This document shows positions 22,803 to 34,988 of a DNA stretch of 64,000 bases, piece after piece. Position 1 is the stretch's first letter. Each line of letters begins with the position of its first letter. The DNA lies in contig JBNRSN020000021.1 in assembly GCA_051313645.2 (NCBI GenBank), positions 37,882,001-37,946,000 of the forward strand, read 5' to 3'. A program made the translations under genes and the position numbers. The notes under the pieces were generated by a model. The model saw only the letters and a program-made list of their open reading frames with translations. It was not told the origin of the DNA and did not search any database. The stretch comes from Centroscyllium fabricii (lineage: Eukaryota).

Positions 22803-24102
22803 GATAGGATAAGTCTGTTGGCTTCAAAGCTCCCAAGTGAAACGAGCCCAAAGCATTCTTAACCAAAGTGGCTGTAACTCAGTCTAAATTGACAATGTAT
22901 TCCATGAGACCACAAGCATTGTCTGTTTTGGGATGTGAATGGTATACTCATGCAGTAGGGGTGCAGCAGAGGTTGGTTTAAGCCAACGGAACAGTTAACT
23001 TTAACTCCTGACCTGGAGGATGCCTTAAGCAGGATAAAATTACTCAACTTATATTTTTTACATAAACTCAAAGAACTGAAATAGGCACAGTTGTCATAAA
23101 TTATGTTTCCCAACCTAAAGGGCCAAGGCACCCAGTATCTTTTTAAGTGGCATGAATTATTAAGACGTTTCACAGTGGAAGTTAATATCAGAATTACCCG
23201 GTTTGTGCACTCATACTGCTGACCTTCATTCGTTTGGCTACTGGATTCACATCAAATCACAAAGTTAAAAGCCAGATGGCAAAGGCCAACATTGTAAGAG
23301 TTGACATATTTTACTGAAAACAGTTTCAACACAAACACTGCTAATGGTGCTTAAAAATAGTGTAAACACAGGACTTGTGAAGTCAATCAATCCATTGCGA
23401 CACCATTCAGGTGAGGCAATAATAAAAGGCAATTATTTTGCAGCACTGTTGTAAGAGAATTAAACAGCCCACCACAGATTAGCGTGAAATGTCAAACAGC
23501 AATTGCCTCCACAAGTGAGGGTGAGCAGATAACTCCACAATTATTTCACAAGTGGCTGAAAGCCACCTCACAAATGGAAATATTTTGAGTGACACTATCT
23601 GCATCATCCGAAGTCATCATACCATCACTTATGATGCCTTTTCCTACTTATAACATATTCTAACTTTCCTTTTAAAGATGGACTTTTTAAAAGTTAAATA
23701 ATGAATCTATGAATTTTTACAAATTCAAGTTTTGTGATTTTATGCCAGTGGACCTACAGTTTTTGCGGGCATTGATTTTTTTCCACACAATTGTTGTAAA
23801 TAGATCTAAAGCAAGATTTTGGAGAAAAAAATAATTGGATTTTATTCACGGTTTGAAACTCCAGTTAAATTAACATCCAAAAGGAATATATACATTAATG
23901 GAAACATTAATGGAAACCCATAGATTTAAATATGCGTTACCAAGGTTCATTGGGTGAACACAGACGATTCCCAACTGGTCTTCAATGAGCTGCAATTTCC
24001 TCTAGCTAAGCACTGGAAAGACTGAAGCCATCATCTTTGGCCCCTCCACAAACTCTACCATTGCCATCAATTCCATCTCCCTCCCAGTCTCAGGCTTAAC
24101 TA

Positions 24103-24302
24103 TGATGTGGAGGTGCCAGTGTTGGACTGGGGTGGACAAATGTAAGTTGTCACACAACACCAGGTTATAGTCCAACAGTTTTATTTGAAATCACAAGCTT
24201 TCGGAGCGTTGCATTACACCTGGTGAAGGAGCAACGCTCCGAATGCTTGTGATTTCAAATAAAACTGTTGGACTATAACCTGGTGTTGTGTGACTTCTTA
24301 TA
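24103..24302. mobile_element. Penelope-type palindromic element (family B)
   Basis: Inverted arms about 24140-24212/24230-24300; 13-bp TSD TCAGGCTTAACTA at 24090-24102 and 24303-24315; mutated hammerhead core CTGGTGA...GAAT. Confidence 0.75.
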
Positions 24303-24685
24303 TCAGGCTTAACTAGACTGTTTGCAACCTTGGCATCCTATTTGAGCTGAGCTTCCAACTCCATATCCACTCCATCTCAAAGACTACCCAAGTCCATTTC
24401 TGTAACATTGCCTGTCTGTGCCGCTACCTCGGGTTATCTTCTGCTGAAACCTTCATCCATGCCTTTGACACCTCTGGACTCAAAACTATTCTAATGTTCT
24501 CCTAGCCAGCCTTCTATCTTTCACCCACTGTAAACTTCAGCTCATCCAAAACTGCTGCCCGTAACCTGTCCTGCTCACCCCATCACGCAAAGATTGCTCA
24601 ACGATCTACATTGGCTTTGTTTCCTCAACAACTCAAATTTAAAATTCTGATCTTCGTGTTTAAATCCCTTCATGGCCATATCCCG

Positions 24686-24943
24686 TGTGGTAAACCGGTA
24701 ATACTGTTTACCACTAATACTGTATTGTATATAGTTACCTCTTGCCCACCTGGGATCTACCTGGGATGCCTCAGCCGGCTCCGCCTCCTGGCTCCACCCA
24801 CAGACTGTGGTATAAAGGTGGCAGCCCTGCTGACCTCGTGGCATTCCAGGACCAGATAGTGACAAGACCTGTACTCCAGTTCTTTGCTAATAAAAGCCTC
24901 AATTACTTAACTTTGTCGACTCACTGTAATTGATCGTGCATCA
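24686..24943 (+). mobile_element. Solo LTR (Gypsy, related to the B and E LTRs)
   Basis: TG...CA ends, TATAAA, AATAAAAGCCT motif shared with the B and E LTRs, 5-bp TSD TCCCG. Confidence 0.85.
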
Positions 24944-25290
24944 TCCCGCCCCGTCTCTATAATCTGCTCCAGTCATACAATCTCCTTCCAAATCGTTCTA
25001 TTCCTTGGACTATGCCTTGTTCATTTATCTGCCTTGCCTCACATTTGCCAACCATACCTTTAGCCCCACATTCTGGAATTCTCTTGCATAGCCCACCACT
25101 GCCTCTGTACTCCCCTCTCCTCCTTAAGGCCATCCTTAAAATGCACCACTTTGACCAAACCTTTGGTCACCTCACTCTAATATCTCCTTTTTGGGCTCCC
25201 CGTCCATTTTCTGATTCCACCTCTGTGAAGCGCTTTACGATGTTTACAGTAAAAAGGTACCATATAGATAGACTCAAGTTAGTTAGTTAC

Positions 25291-25506
25291 CTTTTTGTAT
25301 GTGATTTCTGCATGCTCGACACTGGAGCAGCTGATCCAGCCTTTAAATTTGTCCTTCACCTCCTTCAGCTGGCTCTGCGAGGAGCTTTGTAGCGTCACCT
25401 TGGTATTAAAATACCACTCAGAGTTATTTAGACCATCATCACAGTCAGACTGGAAATCCTGGTTGATGGACAAGCCCTGGCACTGTTCTGCCCATTGTTC
25501 AGGAAC
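25291..25506 (-). CDS. DLC-family gene exon (linker and start of START domain)
   Basis: VPEQW...LKEVKDKFKGWISCSSVEHAEITYKK; AG/GT boundaries. Confidence 0.88.
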
Positions 25507-26210
25507 CTGGAAAAAAGAAAATAATTGCCATTGCCTTACTTCATAAAAGTTAAATTCGTAGGAAGGAACTCTGGCAGGAAAGGAAAAGATCAACGGGGAA
25601 AGAAAAACGAAAAATTGAATCAAACCATTCTGACTTTCCTCTGTATCCATTTCTAAATAAGTACAGGTAAGTTTAACACATTGGGCAAAATATTCACCTT
25701 GGCAAACATTGAAAGGGCACAGTAAAGCTAGTTGGAAAATTCCAGAACTGTTTGACTTCCTGCCATATGGATCCAAAAAAAAAAGCACCTCCGTATACGA
25801 TGACTCTCAGACCATGAGAGATTCAACCGTGGCTTAATTAAGCCCATCATTGCATCATAAGAGGGAGGAAAAATGCTATTTACATGGAGTTCATGCTCCA
25901 GTATTAGATAGGAGCTTTTATCAGGCCCGGTGAGCAGGTTTGTTGTTACAAGAAAATGCTCTTGCAATCTTCCTGTTACAAGATTTTGCTGTACATTTAC
26001 TGAACCTTTATTGTGTATTGAACTAGATTTTGACTTGCATGGTTCATAGTTTTGAAATTTAAAAAATAAATCACAACTCTGTGGTGCTTTATGAATGAAA
26101 CATATACAATTCATAAACATATTTGAGCAAATGGTAAACATTAATTAAATTGAGAACTTTACAATCAGAACTGATTAGCAAAAGGGTTACAGTTTGCAGA
26201 AGGTTATTAC

Positions 26211-26325
26211 CAGGAAGAGAGTTGTGCACTCTGCGATCATGTGGGCCAATCCTTGTGTGGCAGCGAGGTTTTCACTCAGGTCCCTCTGGTCAGGTTTCCC
26301 CAGACTGTACTTCCTCTGGCTCACC
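26211..26325 (-). CDS. DLC-family gene exon (end of RhoGAP)
   Basis: VSQRKYSLGKPDQRDLSENLAATQGLAHMIAECTTLFL; AG/GT boundaries; absent from the ORF track. Confidence 0.9.
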
Positions 26326-27179
26326 CTAGATAGATGAGAAAAAAAATGAACTATCTAAATCGCTATCTAGTTAGCTAGTGTTGTTCATTGAGCACAAGCT
26401 GCATGTAACATTTATTCCAGGGACACTATCTGGCAACATTCCTCTATTGCAGCACAGCTATCAGGAGACGATAAGCAGCCAGTCTGCAGCCAGAGGTTCT
26501 GGATGACTTGGCTTTGAAGTTTTAAAGCCAAGCTTGAGAAATGAAAGAGCAGCTTTATCAGTAATTATAAGTTCAAAGCTGCCCCTCTCCACAGGAGATA
26601 AACTAACATTCCCTCTTATGGGTGACTGCATTCAACATGCATTACAGATTGGGACTCAACCAGGCCTGCTGTGTCAGCGCATGAACCACAGTCCATTGTA
26701 CAATCCATTGAGTTGCTGTAATCTTGGGCCAATTGGATAATGTAGCACTCTTGAGCTTATGCAGTGACTGAATTGGGAGATAAATGTCTTTGAAATAAAA
26801 GAGAGGTCTGTGATGTGGTATTTTATTTTACAATTTCCCCATTCTGCCTGCCCATCCATGCCCCATCTGATTTTCCAGTACCTCACAAAATATCCTAAGC
26901 TAAAAAGGTGGCTCGGCACCAGGCCCCTGTCAGTGCGCTGCACCTTTAGCAGTAATTAGGAGTTGTGAAAGAATGCATCATCCATCCAGCAGGCAATTAT
27001 GCCTTCCATTCTTTTGAATTTTCTCTCTTTTGGGAAGCATTTGGCCTCTTGCTCATCAAAATCACAGACAGGGTACAGAGTTGTCAACAACATCAACTTA
27101 GTTGGCAATGCAGTTGTGAGCCAGCATTCTGTCGGGATGAAGTTGGGCACGTACACTTTATCCCATTGTCCTGCTTTAT

Positions 27180-27465
27180 AGAGTCACAGTCATAGCGTTA
27201 TACAGCACAGAAAGAGGCCCTTCGGCCCATCGTGTCCACGCTGGCCATCAAGCCCAACCTATTCTAATCCCATTTTCCTGCATTTGGTCCGTAGCCTTGT
27301 ATGCTGTGGCATTTCAAGTGCTCATCTAAATGCTTCTTGAATGTTGTGAGGGTTCCTGCCTCCACCACCCTTTCAGGCAGCGAGTTCCAGATTCCAACCA
27401 CCCTCTGGATGAAAAGGTTTTTCCTCAAATCCCCTCTATACCTCCCGCCCCTTACCTTGAAACGA
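27180..27465 (-). mobile_element. CR1 3' fragment
   Basis: FIQRVVGIWNSLPERVV...QGYGPNAGKWD plus tail. Confidence 0.85.
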
Positions 27466-27579
27466 TACGCATCTTCCATACATGCACAGGCGCAGGAATT
27501 TCTCTTATTTCCACTTCTCTCGCTAGTCTTTAACCTGTGAGGAGTTAAAGCTCCCTTGAGTACAAAGTTTAAAGCCTAC

Positions 27580-27793
27580 CTTGAGGTAGTGCTTTCCCTT
27601 CTCAGGGTGTTGAGGTGGAAGAGGGATGGAGCCAGGCAGACCGCAAGGTTCGTAGGGGTCATTTGGTTCTCATGGACGCAAGCCACAACATCACAGAGAA
27701 AGAAGAGGAGAGTCTGCAGAGCTTCACGGTTTTCATCTGGTAGGAGCAGAATGGCCGACTGCACTGCAGAAAGTTGCTGATCTGTTGGTAGAT
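27580..27793 (-). CDS. DLC-family gene exon (RhoGAP)
   Basis: LPTDQQLSAVQSAILLLPDENREALQTLL...ENQMTPTNLAVCLAPSLFHLN; AG/GT boundaries. Confidence 0.93.
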
Positions 27794-28958
27794 CTGTAGA
27801 AAAGGGCAGAGAAACAAGTCAAAGTAGGATTGACAAATGAGAACAATAAATAGCCATTTCTTGCACGCCGGTAGATCAATCCATCAACTTTACAAAACAC
27901 AGATTAATCAAAATGTTACCCATACTTCAATTTATCAAATTTTACAGCACGAAAGGAAGCCATTCAGTCCCATCACACTAATCTGGGGGATGGGATTACA
28001 TGGGCAGCTCTATTCTCCCCCCACCCCGGCCCGGCCATATATTCATCCACTTTCCTTTTAGAAGCTATTATAGATTATGTTTCCACCACTATTTCTGATA
28101 GACTACTCCATGTCCTACAAGCTGTGTAAAAATAATCACCTTTCTTTTTGATGATCTTGTATGAGTACCCAATTCTTTTTAATTAAAAGTAACTTCCTTT
28201 AACCACCAAATATTCAACTGCAATGTGGAAATTAATCTGTTTTATCGTCTTTTAGATGAGAAAGTGCACAACTAGCTTAGTAATTGAATGCAGTGTGTTG
28301 TAAAATGGGCTGCGTGAATAATTTTGTACCTCCCCCCCACCCCCCCAACAAGATGCCTCGCTCACCAAGTTAAAGATTTCCTTATGGCATGAGGAATACG
28401 ACAAGATATTAAGGGATATGGAGAAAAGGAGGCTAAATGGAGTTGAGGTATAGATCAGCTATGATCTAATAGAACAGCGGAACATGGCTTAAGGGGCTGA
28501 ATGCCCTACTCCTATGTTAATTGAATCTTTAACACTGTTTCAGCGTTTGAGAACCCTGCAGAAGTAGGAATCAAGAAACGGCATCTCTCCATCTGCTTTC
28601 TCATAAACAACCATTTAGAACACATTCAAAAAATGATGGCTGAAAGAAGCCAAGTGTTGAGACAGATTGCATTATTCCATTTCAAGGGAAGGCTAAAGGT
28701 CTCCTCATTGGCTTTGTGTACAGATGAAATGAGATCTGGCAATTGAAATCTAGTCGATAGTTGAAAACGGGAACAGCATGAAATAGCCTGAATGCCACAT
28801 CTGGCTCAACGGGAACATACAACTTTTATAAAGGGAGGGATTGCATTAGTGTTGTATGGTAAAAAGAAACATCTGGTTATTCAAATCACTTCTAAAAACT
28901 GGGCTGCAAACAGCCAATACCGAGGAGTTGGTGAGTCTATAGCACGAGTTGCACTTAC

Positions 28959-29157
28959 ACTGATATATGTGAAGGAATGATTCGCAGAGCTTGGTGGTCA
29001 ACAGGGGTTCAGGTAGGTCTCGGAAATACTGCTTCACCATGTCAGCTACATCAAATGCAGATTGGCCTTCATAGCTGACACCGTCCGGACAGCTCTCATT
29101 CATTTCTCTCAACGCCTGGATCCTCGATTTTACTCCAGACTTTCTGAATAATCCAAC
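28959..29157 (-). CDS. DLC-family gene exon (RhoGAP with arginine finger)
   Basis: VGLFRKSGVKSRIQALREMNE...DVADMVKQYFRDLPEPL...HIYQ; AG/GT boundaries. Confidence 0.93.
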
Positions 29158-29461
29158 CTAATGTGATGAATAATTTGAAAAATACAATTAAACTACCATT
29201 GCATCAGAGGAAACAAACTACTTTTTGAAAAGCATATGATCAGCTTTATTAGCAGCAACTGACACAAAGATCAAAGTCAACCTGGAGCTAAACATTTCAA
29301 ACGTGATGCTTCATTTGAACCTTTAGGTGAAGCCACTGGAGTTAGAACTACACCAAAGTAGAGGGGGCATAGTCAGTGATAAGGTTCGATTTAAATGTAA
29401 GAATTAGCACATAAAAACATATTAATGTGCTTTATTAAAGGGGTAACTCATTATAACACTG

Positions 29462-29560
29462 GGACGACACGGTGGTGCAGTGGTTAGCACTGCTGCCTCG
29501 CAACAAGGAGCTCCTGGGTTCGAATCCTGCTTGGCCTGGGACCTCTATGCGTGGAGTTTG
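29462..29560 (+). mobile_element. V-SINE head, truncated at an LTR element
   Basis: A box TGGTGCAGTGG, B box GGTTCGAATCC, start of the V-domain. Confidence 0.7.
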
Positions 29561-31576
29561 TGTGGTAATCGTGTAATATAATACGCGCAATGGGTCCCCC
29601 GGTACGCGGATAAGGCCAGACCGCTCCTCAAGGCCGACGTCTTCCCCCTCTCGGCCGAAGCCCAAACGGCATTAGCCCGGATCAAGGAAGACATCATCAA
29701 GGCGACCAGTAAAATTTCTATGATTCTATGATTCTATGCACGCCGTTGAGGAGTCCATTCCCTTCCAGGTGGAGAGTGACGCTTCGGACTTCGCCTTGCC
29801 GCCACCCTGAACCAGGCAGGCAGGCCTGTAGCGTTCTTCTCCCGGACCCTACAGGGACCCAAAACTCGCCACTCAGCGGTGGAAAAGGAGGACCAGGCCA
29901 TCATGGAGGCAGTGCGCTACTGGCGTCATTATCTGGCCGGTAAGCGTTTTACCCTGCTCACCGACCAACGGTCGGTGGCGTTTATGTTTAACAATAAACA
30001 ACGGGGTAAAATCGAGAATGATAAGATCCTTCGGTGGCGGATCGAACTCTCGACATACGAGTATGACATTCTTTACCGTCCAGGCAAGCTCAACGAACCC
30101 CCGGACGCCCTGTCCAGGGGAACGTGCGCCAGCGCCCAGCTTGACCGGCTGAAGGCCCTCCACGATCGCCTCTGCCACCCGGGTGTCACCAGACTCGCCC
30201 ACTTCGTCAAATCCCGTAGCATCCCCTACTCCATCACGGAGATAAAGGCTATGACCAAAGAGTGCCCTGTCTGTGCCGAGTGCAAACACCAATTCTACAG
30301 GCCAGACACGGCACACGTCATCAAAGCCACCCCGCCCCTTTGAACGCCTGAGCGTGGACTTCAAAGGCCCCCTCTCCTCCACTGACCGCAACTCTATTTC
30401 CTTACGGTCATGGACGAGTTCTCACGCTTCCCCTTTCCCTTCCCCTGCCCAGATATGACGAGCGCAACGGTGATCAAACACTTCACCACGCTGTTCGCCA
30501 TTTTCAGTCTGCCCAGCTACATCCATAGCGACCGGGGGTCGTCGTTCATGAGCGACGAACTGCGTCAGCTCCTGCTTCAGAAAGGGGTTGCCTCAAGCAG
30601 AACGACCAGTTACAACCCCCGGGGGAACGGCCAAGTAGAAAGGGAGAACGGGACCATCTGGAAGGCAGTCAACCTAGGCCTGAAATCCAGAGGCCTTCCA
30701 GTCTCCCGTTGGCAGGAGGCCCTCCCAGACACGCTCCATGCCATCCGCTCTCTGTTGTGTACCGCCACTAACTCCACACCTGATGACCTGTTGTTTTCCT
30801 TCCCCAATAAGTCGACTTCGGGGACGGCACTCCCACTGTGGCTCACAGCGCAGGGGCCAGTATTGCTTAGGAAGCACGTCCGCGGCCACAAGACCGACCC
30901 CCTGGTGGAACGGGTGCACCTGCTCCACGCCAACCCACAATATGCTTACGTGGCATTCCCGGATGGGCGCGAGGATACAGTCTTGATCAGGGACCTGGCG
31001 CCCGCCGGGAGCACTAGGGCAGAACCCTCGGTCGAGCCTCAGCTCGACCAGCCACCACCCACCGAATACTGGCCCCCATATACACACACACCGGGGCCCT
31101 CAACACCACCGATCGACGACCCGGGATCGGACACCGCACTGCTGGCACCGTTGGTGGAGAGCTCGATCCCGGCTCTGCAACCAGCACCACCATCGCCGGC
31201 ACCCCGGCGGTCCCCCAGGCAGACGCGACCGCCGGAGAGACTGATAACGCAATCCTAATTGATTATGGACATATAGAGATCTTTTCTTTCTCCCAAAGGC
31301 ACGTTCACCCCGCCGGACTTGTTTTTAAAGAAGGGGTGAATGTGGTAATCGTGTAATACCACTGTAAATAGTTGCTGGTTCGCCTGTACTGTATTGTAGG
31401 CCAGGTCAGCCATACCCCTAACTCCTCCCCTCAGGTCGGAGCATATAGGTGAGTGCTGACCTGCCCCCGCTCATTCTTCACCTTGACCTCATCAGGAGAC
31501 CAGCTCCATTCTTAGTTAATAAAAGCCTGTAGTTTAGGTAACGACTCGTTTTTGTGTATTAATTGACGATACATCA
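29561..31576 (+). mobile_element. Gypsy element E (same clade as B), deleted: 18-nt 5' LTR stub, RNase H-integrase remnant, PPT, 3' LTR 31341-31576
   Basis: TGTGGTAATCGTGTAATA at both 29561 and 31341; EAVRYWRHYLAG, HPGVTR, HSDRG and GNGQVER motifs with frameshifts; PPT AAAGAAGGGGTGAA. Confidence 0.9.
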
Positions 31577-31917
31577 AGATGAAAGTCTCCTCTGGCTACA
31601 GATTATAAGGAATCTCAAATATGGGACATTCTGGTTTTATATAAACATAAAACTGGCCACAAATTTGCACTAAATTACCTATTTCACTCAGAGGCGCTAG
31701 AAAACTGCTTGGTATAGGAAGTGGAATAATTCATAAATGGTCCATTTGGAGGGAATACTTCCAAGATTGGGGTAAAGACACATCTGGCCTATGCTACATG
31801 TGACCAGGGTGCGCTTGATAAAAACACTGGCCGACAAAAAGGAACTGGACATCCGTACCTTGGTGATGAGCACAAACATGCATCAAAAAACAACATTTTA
31901 AAAGGAACTACACCAAC

Positions 31918-32077
31918 CTGATCCAGACATTGGCTCCTGAGAAAATACATGGCCTGCAGAATACTCTTTGGTAGAGGATGTCCTGTACGCTGCACGTTCA
32001 GCAGCAAGGGAACGCCAAATACCACTCGGTCCTTATAATCAGGTGCCTTTATCTTCCTGATAAACTTGGGCACTGTC
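31918..32077 (-). CDS. DLC-family gene exon (start of RhoGAP domain)
   Basis: TVPKFIRKIKAPDYKDRVVFGVPL...FLRSQCLDQ; AG/GT boundaries. Confidence 0.92.
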
Positions 32078-32799
32078 CTACAGAATCAGAAAGTCAACAG
32101 TTAATGTGATTCTAAATAAAACACCTTGTGCAAATTTTAGGATTGAACAGAACATCAAGCATTTTGTATTAAAAAATATATTGAAGTGGGAATATCATTA
32201 TTATGAATCCTCTTTGAGAGGGCATGTCATGAAGTTTTATGAATGGCACTTAAAGGCTGTTATTCTGTATTAACTGGCTTATAAGCCCCTCATGTTCAGG
32301 ACTAAAAGTATTGCCAAACAGTTCTGGAATTTAAGGGGAACGAATTTTTTTTTTCACGGCAAGGCCAGCATTTATTGCCCATCCCTAATTGCCCTCGAGA
32401 AGGTGGTGGTGAGCCACCTTCTTGAACAAAGACACACATCATAGCATTCTTAAGAAATATCCAAAAATTGAAGTGCCATAGAGTTGTCAGGTGCTTCTCC
32501 ACAAGGAGAAAAGGATAAAATGTATTAACCACAAAATAGAAATTATGTAGACTGATAATTTAAAATGTTTTGATATCATAAGGCACTGACACAATATTCT
32601 GTTTTTATATATAATGCAGTTGTAAATAATTTGGAATGGATCAAAAGATGCCAGTGGACAATCTATAAATAGATGCAATGAAATGGAGATACAATCCTCG
32701 ACTAACAGATAGCAAATGTTTTTTCAAATACTGCAGAAACGCAGTGCCACATCATGGGGTACGGCTTTGATCTTTAAAGAAACAGTATTCTATAGTAAT

Positions 32800-33028
32800 T
32801 GATGTGACAAAAGCGACTTACACATCAAATACTTTAAGCAAAGCTTTAATCAGCTAATTACAGAGTTGAGAGTTTTAACATATTTACATAGAGAAGCATT
32901 ATCTCAGACTGAATAGTAGCAGAATTTATACTACTACACAGGAAGTGACATGTACAGGAAGTGATGTCACTGGAAGTTCATAAGCAGAGTTCATCCGACT
33001 TCCTGCCGGAAGTCTCAATATCATTACA
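32800..33028. mobile_element. Solo LTR with clustered GGAAGT (ETS) motifs
   Basis: TG...CA ends; 5-bp TSD GTAAT at 32795-32799 and 33029-33033. Confidence 0.65.
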
Positions 33029-34599
33029 GTAATTACATCAAAACAGTCTTGCAACCTTCAATCAATGTCATTTTGATATTGTTTTTAAATGCTTTGGAAT
33101 GGTTTCATTTCAGGTGAGGCTGTAACATACATAAAAGTGGTAAATGGTAGGGACCAACGAAACAGCTTTCACTTAATCTAGGGATGCAGAGGACATCAAT
33201 AAGACACTCGAGTTGTACGCTTGTGAATTATGGGGGAACAATTTGGTTGCTTGTGCCAGCCGTTAGCGCCCTAGGAGAGAGGCGGTAACGTCAATCGCTG
33301 TGGGCAGCGCCCTGCTTGCGCCCCGGCCGCGATCTTCAGTCGCGCCCCCTGATTTACCGCTGGATGCTATGACCGACAGGATCAGGGGGGCGTACTTGCA
33401 GCCGGGGGAGCGCAAATTAAGGCAGAGGTGCCGGGCGGCCATTTTTGTTGCTGGTCACCTGCCAGCATCTGCCCCCTTTGCCGTCCCCGGCCTCCTGACC
33501 AGCACCCCCCCCACTAACCAGCACCCCCCCGCAGAGTGCCGACTGCGCTCCGTGAGCCCGGCACTTCTCTCGAGTGCCGGGCTCTTTTGCTGGCACTCTG
33601 ATCCCCAGTGGCCCACCGGGTCACGCTGCGCAAAGGCCCCTCCCCTTTAAGAAGGGTGTGGTGTATGGACAACATACACCTATGTACTGATGATGCGAGA
33701 CTCTACCTCGGCATCACCCCTCTATATCACCCCGGTGCTATACGATGGCCTGTGCCTTTAAGGATGGTGCTGGGCACTGCATCATGTGATGTTACCAGGC
33801 TGCAGTACCCTTACCAGCCACTGTCATGTGTATATAAGCTCGCATGTGTAGTTCCTGTTCAGTCTTCCATTAGTCCTCAGTCCTCGATGAGTTCGCTATT
33901 AGTCCTGTACTAGACTAGGCTCTAAGCTAATGTAAATATGTTGGCGCGAGAAGCGCCACGGGTTAAGTTGTGATTTTACCATGCCAGTAAACATCACCCA
34001 GTTGAGAACTTAACTTGAGTCTGTCGTTATTTGCCTCGTAATAACCTTAGACTTAACAATGGTGATAGATTTAACAGTGGCGATGAGATCAATCGAACGC
34101 ATAGCTGTGCATTCGGCCACACTAGCGGAATGAGGAGAGTTCTTACCGGAACAGATCCATCAACGGCTAAGGCACACCCTGCTCCTCGAGTCTAGGAGGG
34201 GCAGCGTTTTGAAGGAGGAACTCGGAGGCCTACACACTGAAAGGAGTGTGGCGAGGTGCTCAAACGAGATCCAGCAGCAGCTTACAGCAGACAGAGAAGC
34301 TCAAGACAGAAACCTGCAGATCAACACCGGCGATCACCAGCAGCAGCCTTCAGCGGACGGCGACAGCAGCCAGAGCAAGCCCCACAGCGACCTGCATAGT
34401 AAGGCAACAGCAGCCAGCAGAGCTCCGCAGGGGTGGGGGGGGGGAGAGAAGGCCAGCAGAAATCGAGGTCCAGATCCAGCAGCAGGGAGACCCGAGGTGA
34501 GAAATTGCTGACCAGACCGTAGGGGGGAAAATAATTTTTTTTTAAAACCCCGCGGGGAAGCGGCACTAGGGCGGGAAACGCATTGTTGCCGCGAAAATG

Positions 34600-34968
34600 C
34601 CGGAAGAGAAGAGCAGGGGGGCGGGGAAAGACGTCCGAACCCCCCCCCCACCCAGGACCGGAAGTGACGCGCAAAGGGGCGGGGCCAGACGTCCGAGCGA
34701 GCGCAGAGAAAATAGAGAGAACCGGAAGTGATGCGCAAGGGGGCGGGACCAGATGCCCGAAAGAACGCAAAAAAACCCCTGGAAGTGATGTGAAAGGGGG
34801 CGGGACCAGACACCCTGAAGAACACAAAAAGACAGGAAGTGACGCAAAAAGGGGCGGGACCAGACACCGAACGAACGCGGAAAGACCGGAAGTGACGCGA
34901 AAAGGGGGCAGGATCAGACGCCCGATCGAAAACGGAAGAGAAGCACAAGGGGGCGGGACCAGATGCCA
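34600..34968 (+). repeat. Tandem array of 6-7 imperfect 50-65-bp units in the element A leader
   Basis: Unit core (CC)GGAAGTGACGC...AAGGGGGCGGGACCAGA. Confidence 0.8.
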
Positions 34969-34988
34969 TTTTACCCCAATAAACCAGA

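Larger units (their letters stand above)
23985..25245 (+). mobile_element. Degenerate L2-type LINE 3' region hosting two younger insertions
   Basis: Decayed KTEAIIFG, NLGILF, ETFIHAF.TS.LD and FKILIFVFKSLHG motifs; L2-like tail TGTGAAGCGCTTT. Confidence 0.6.
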
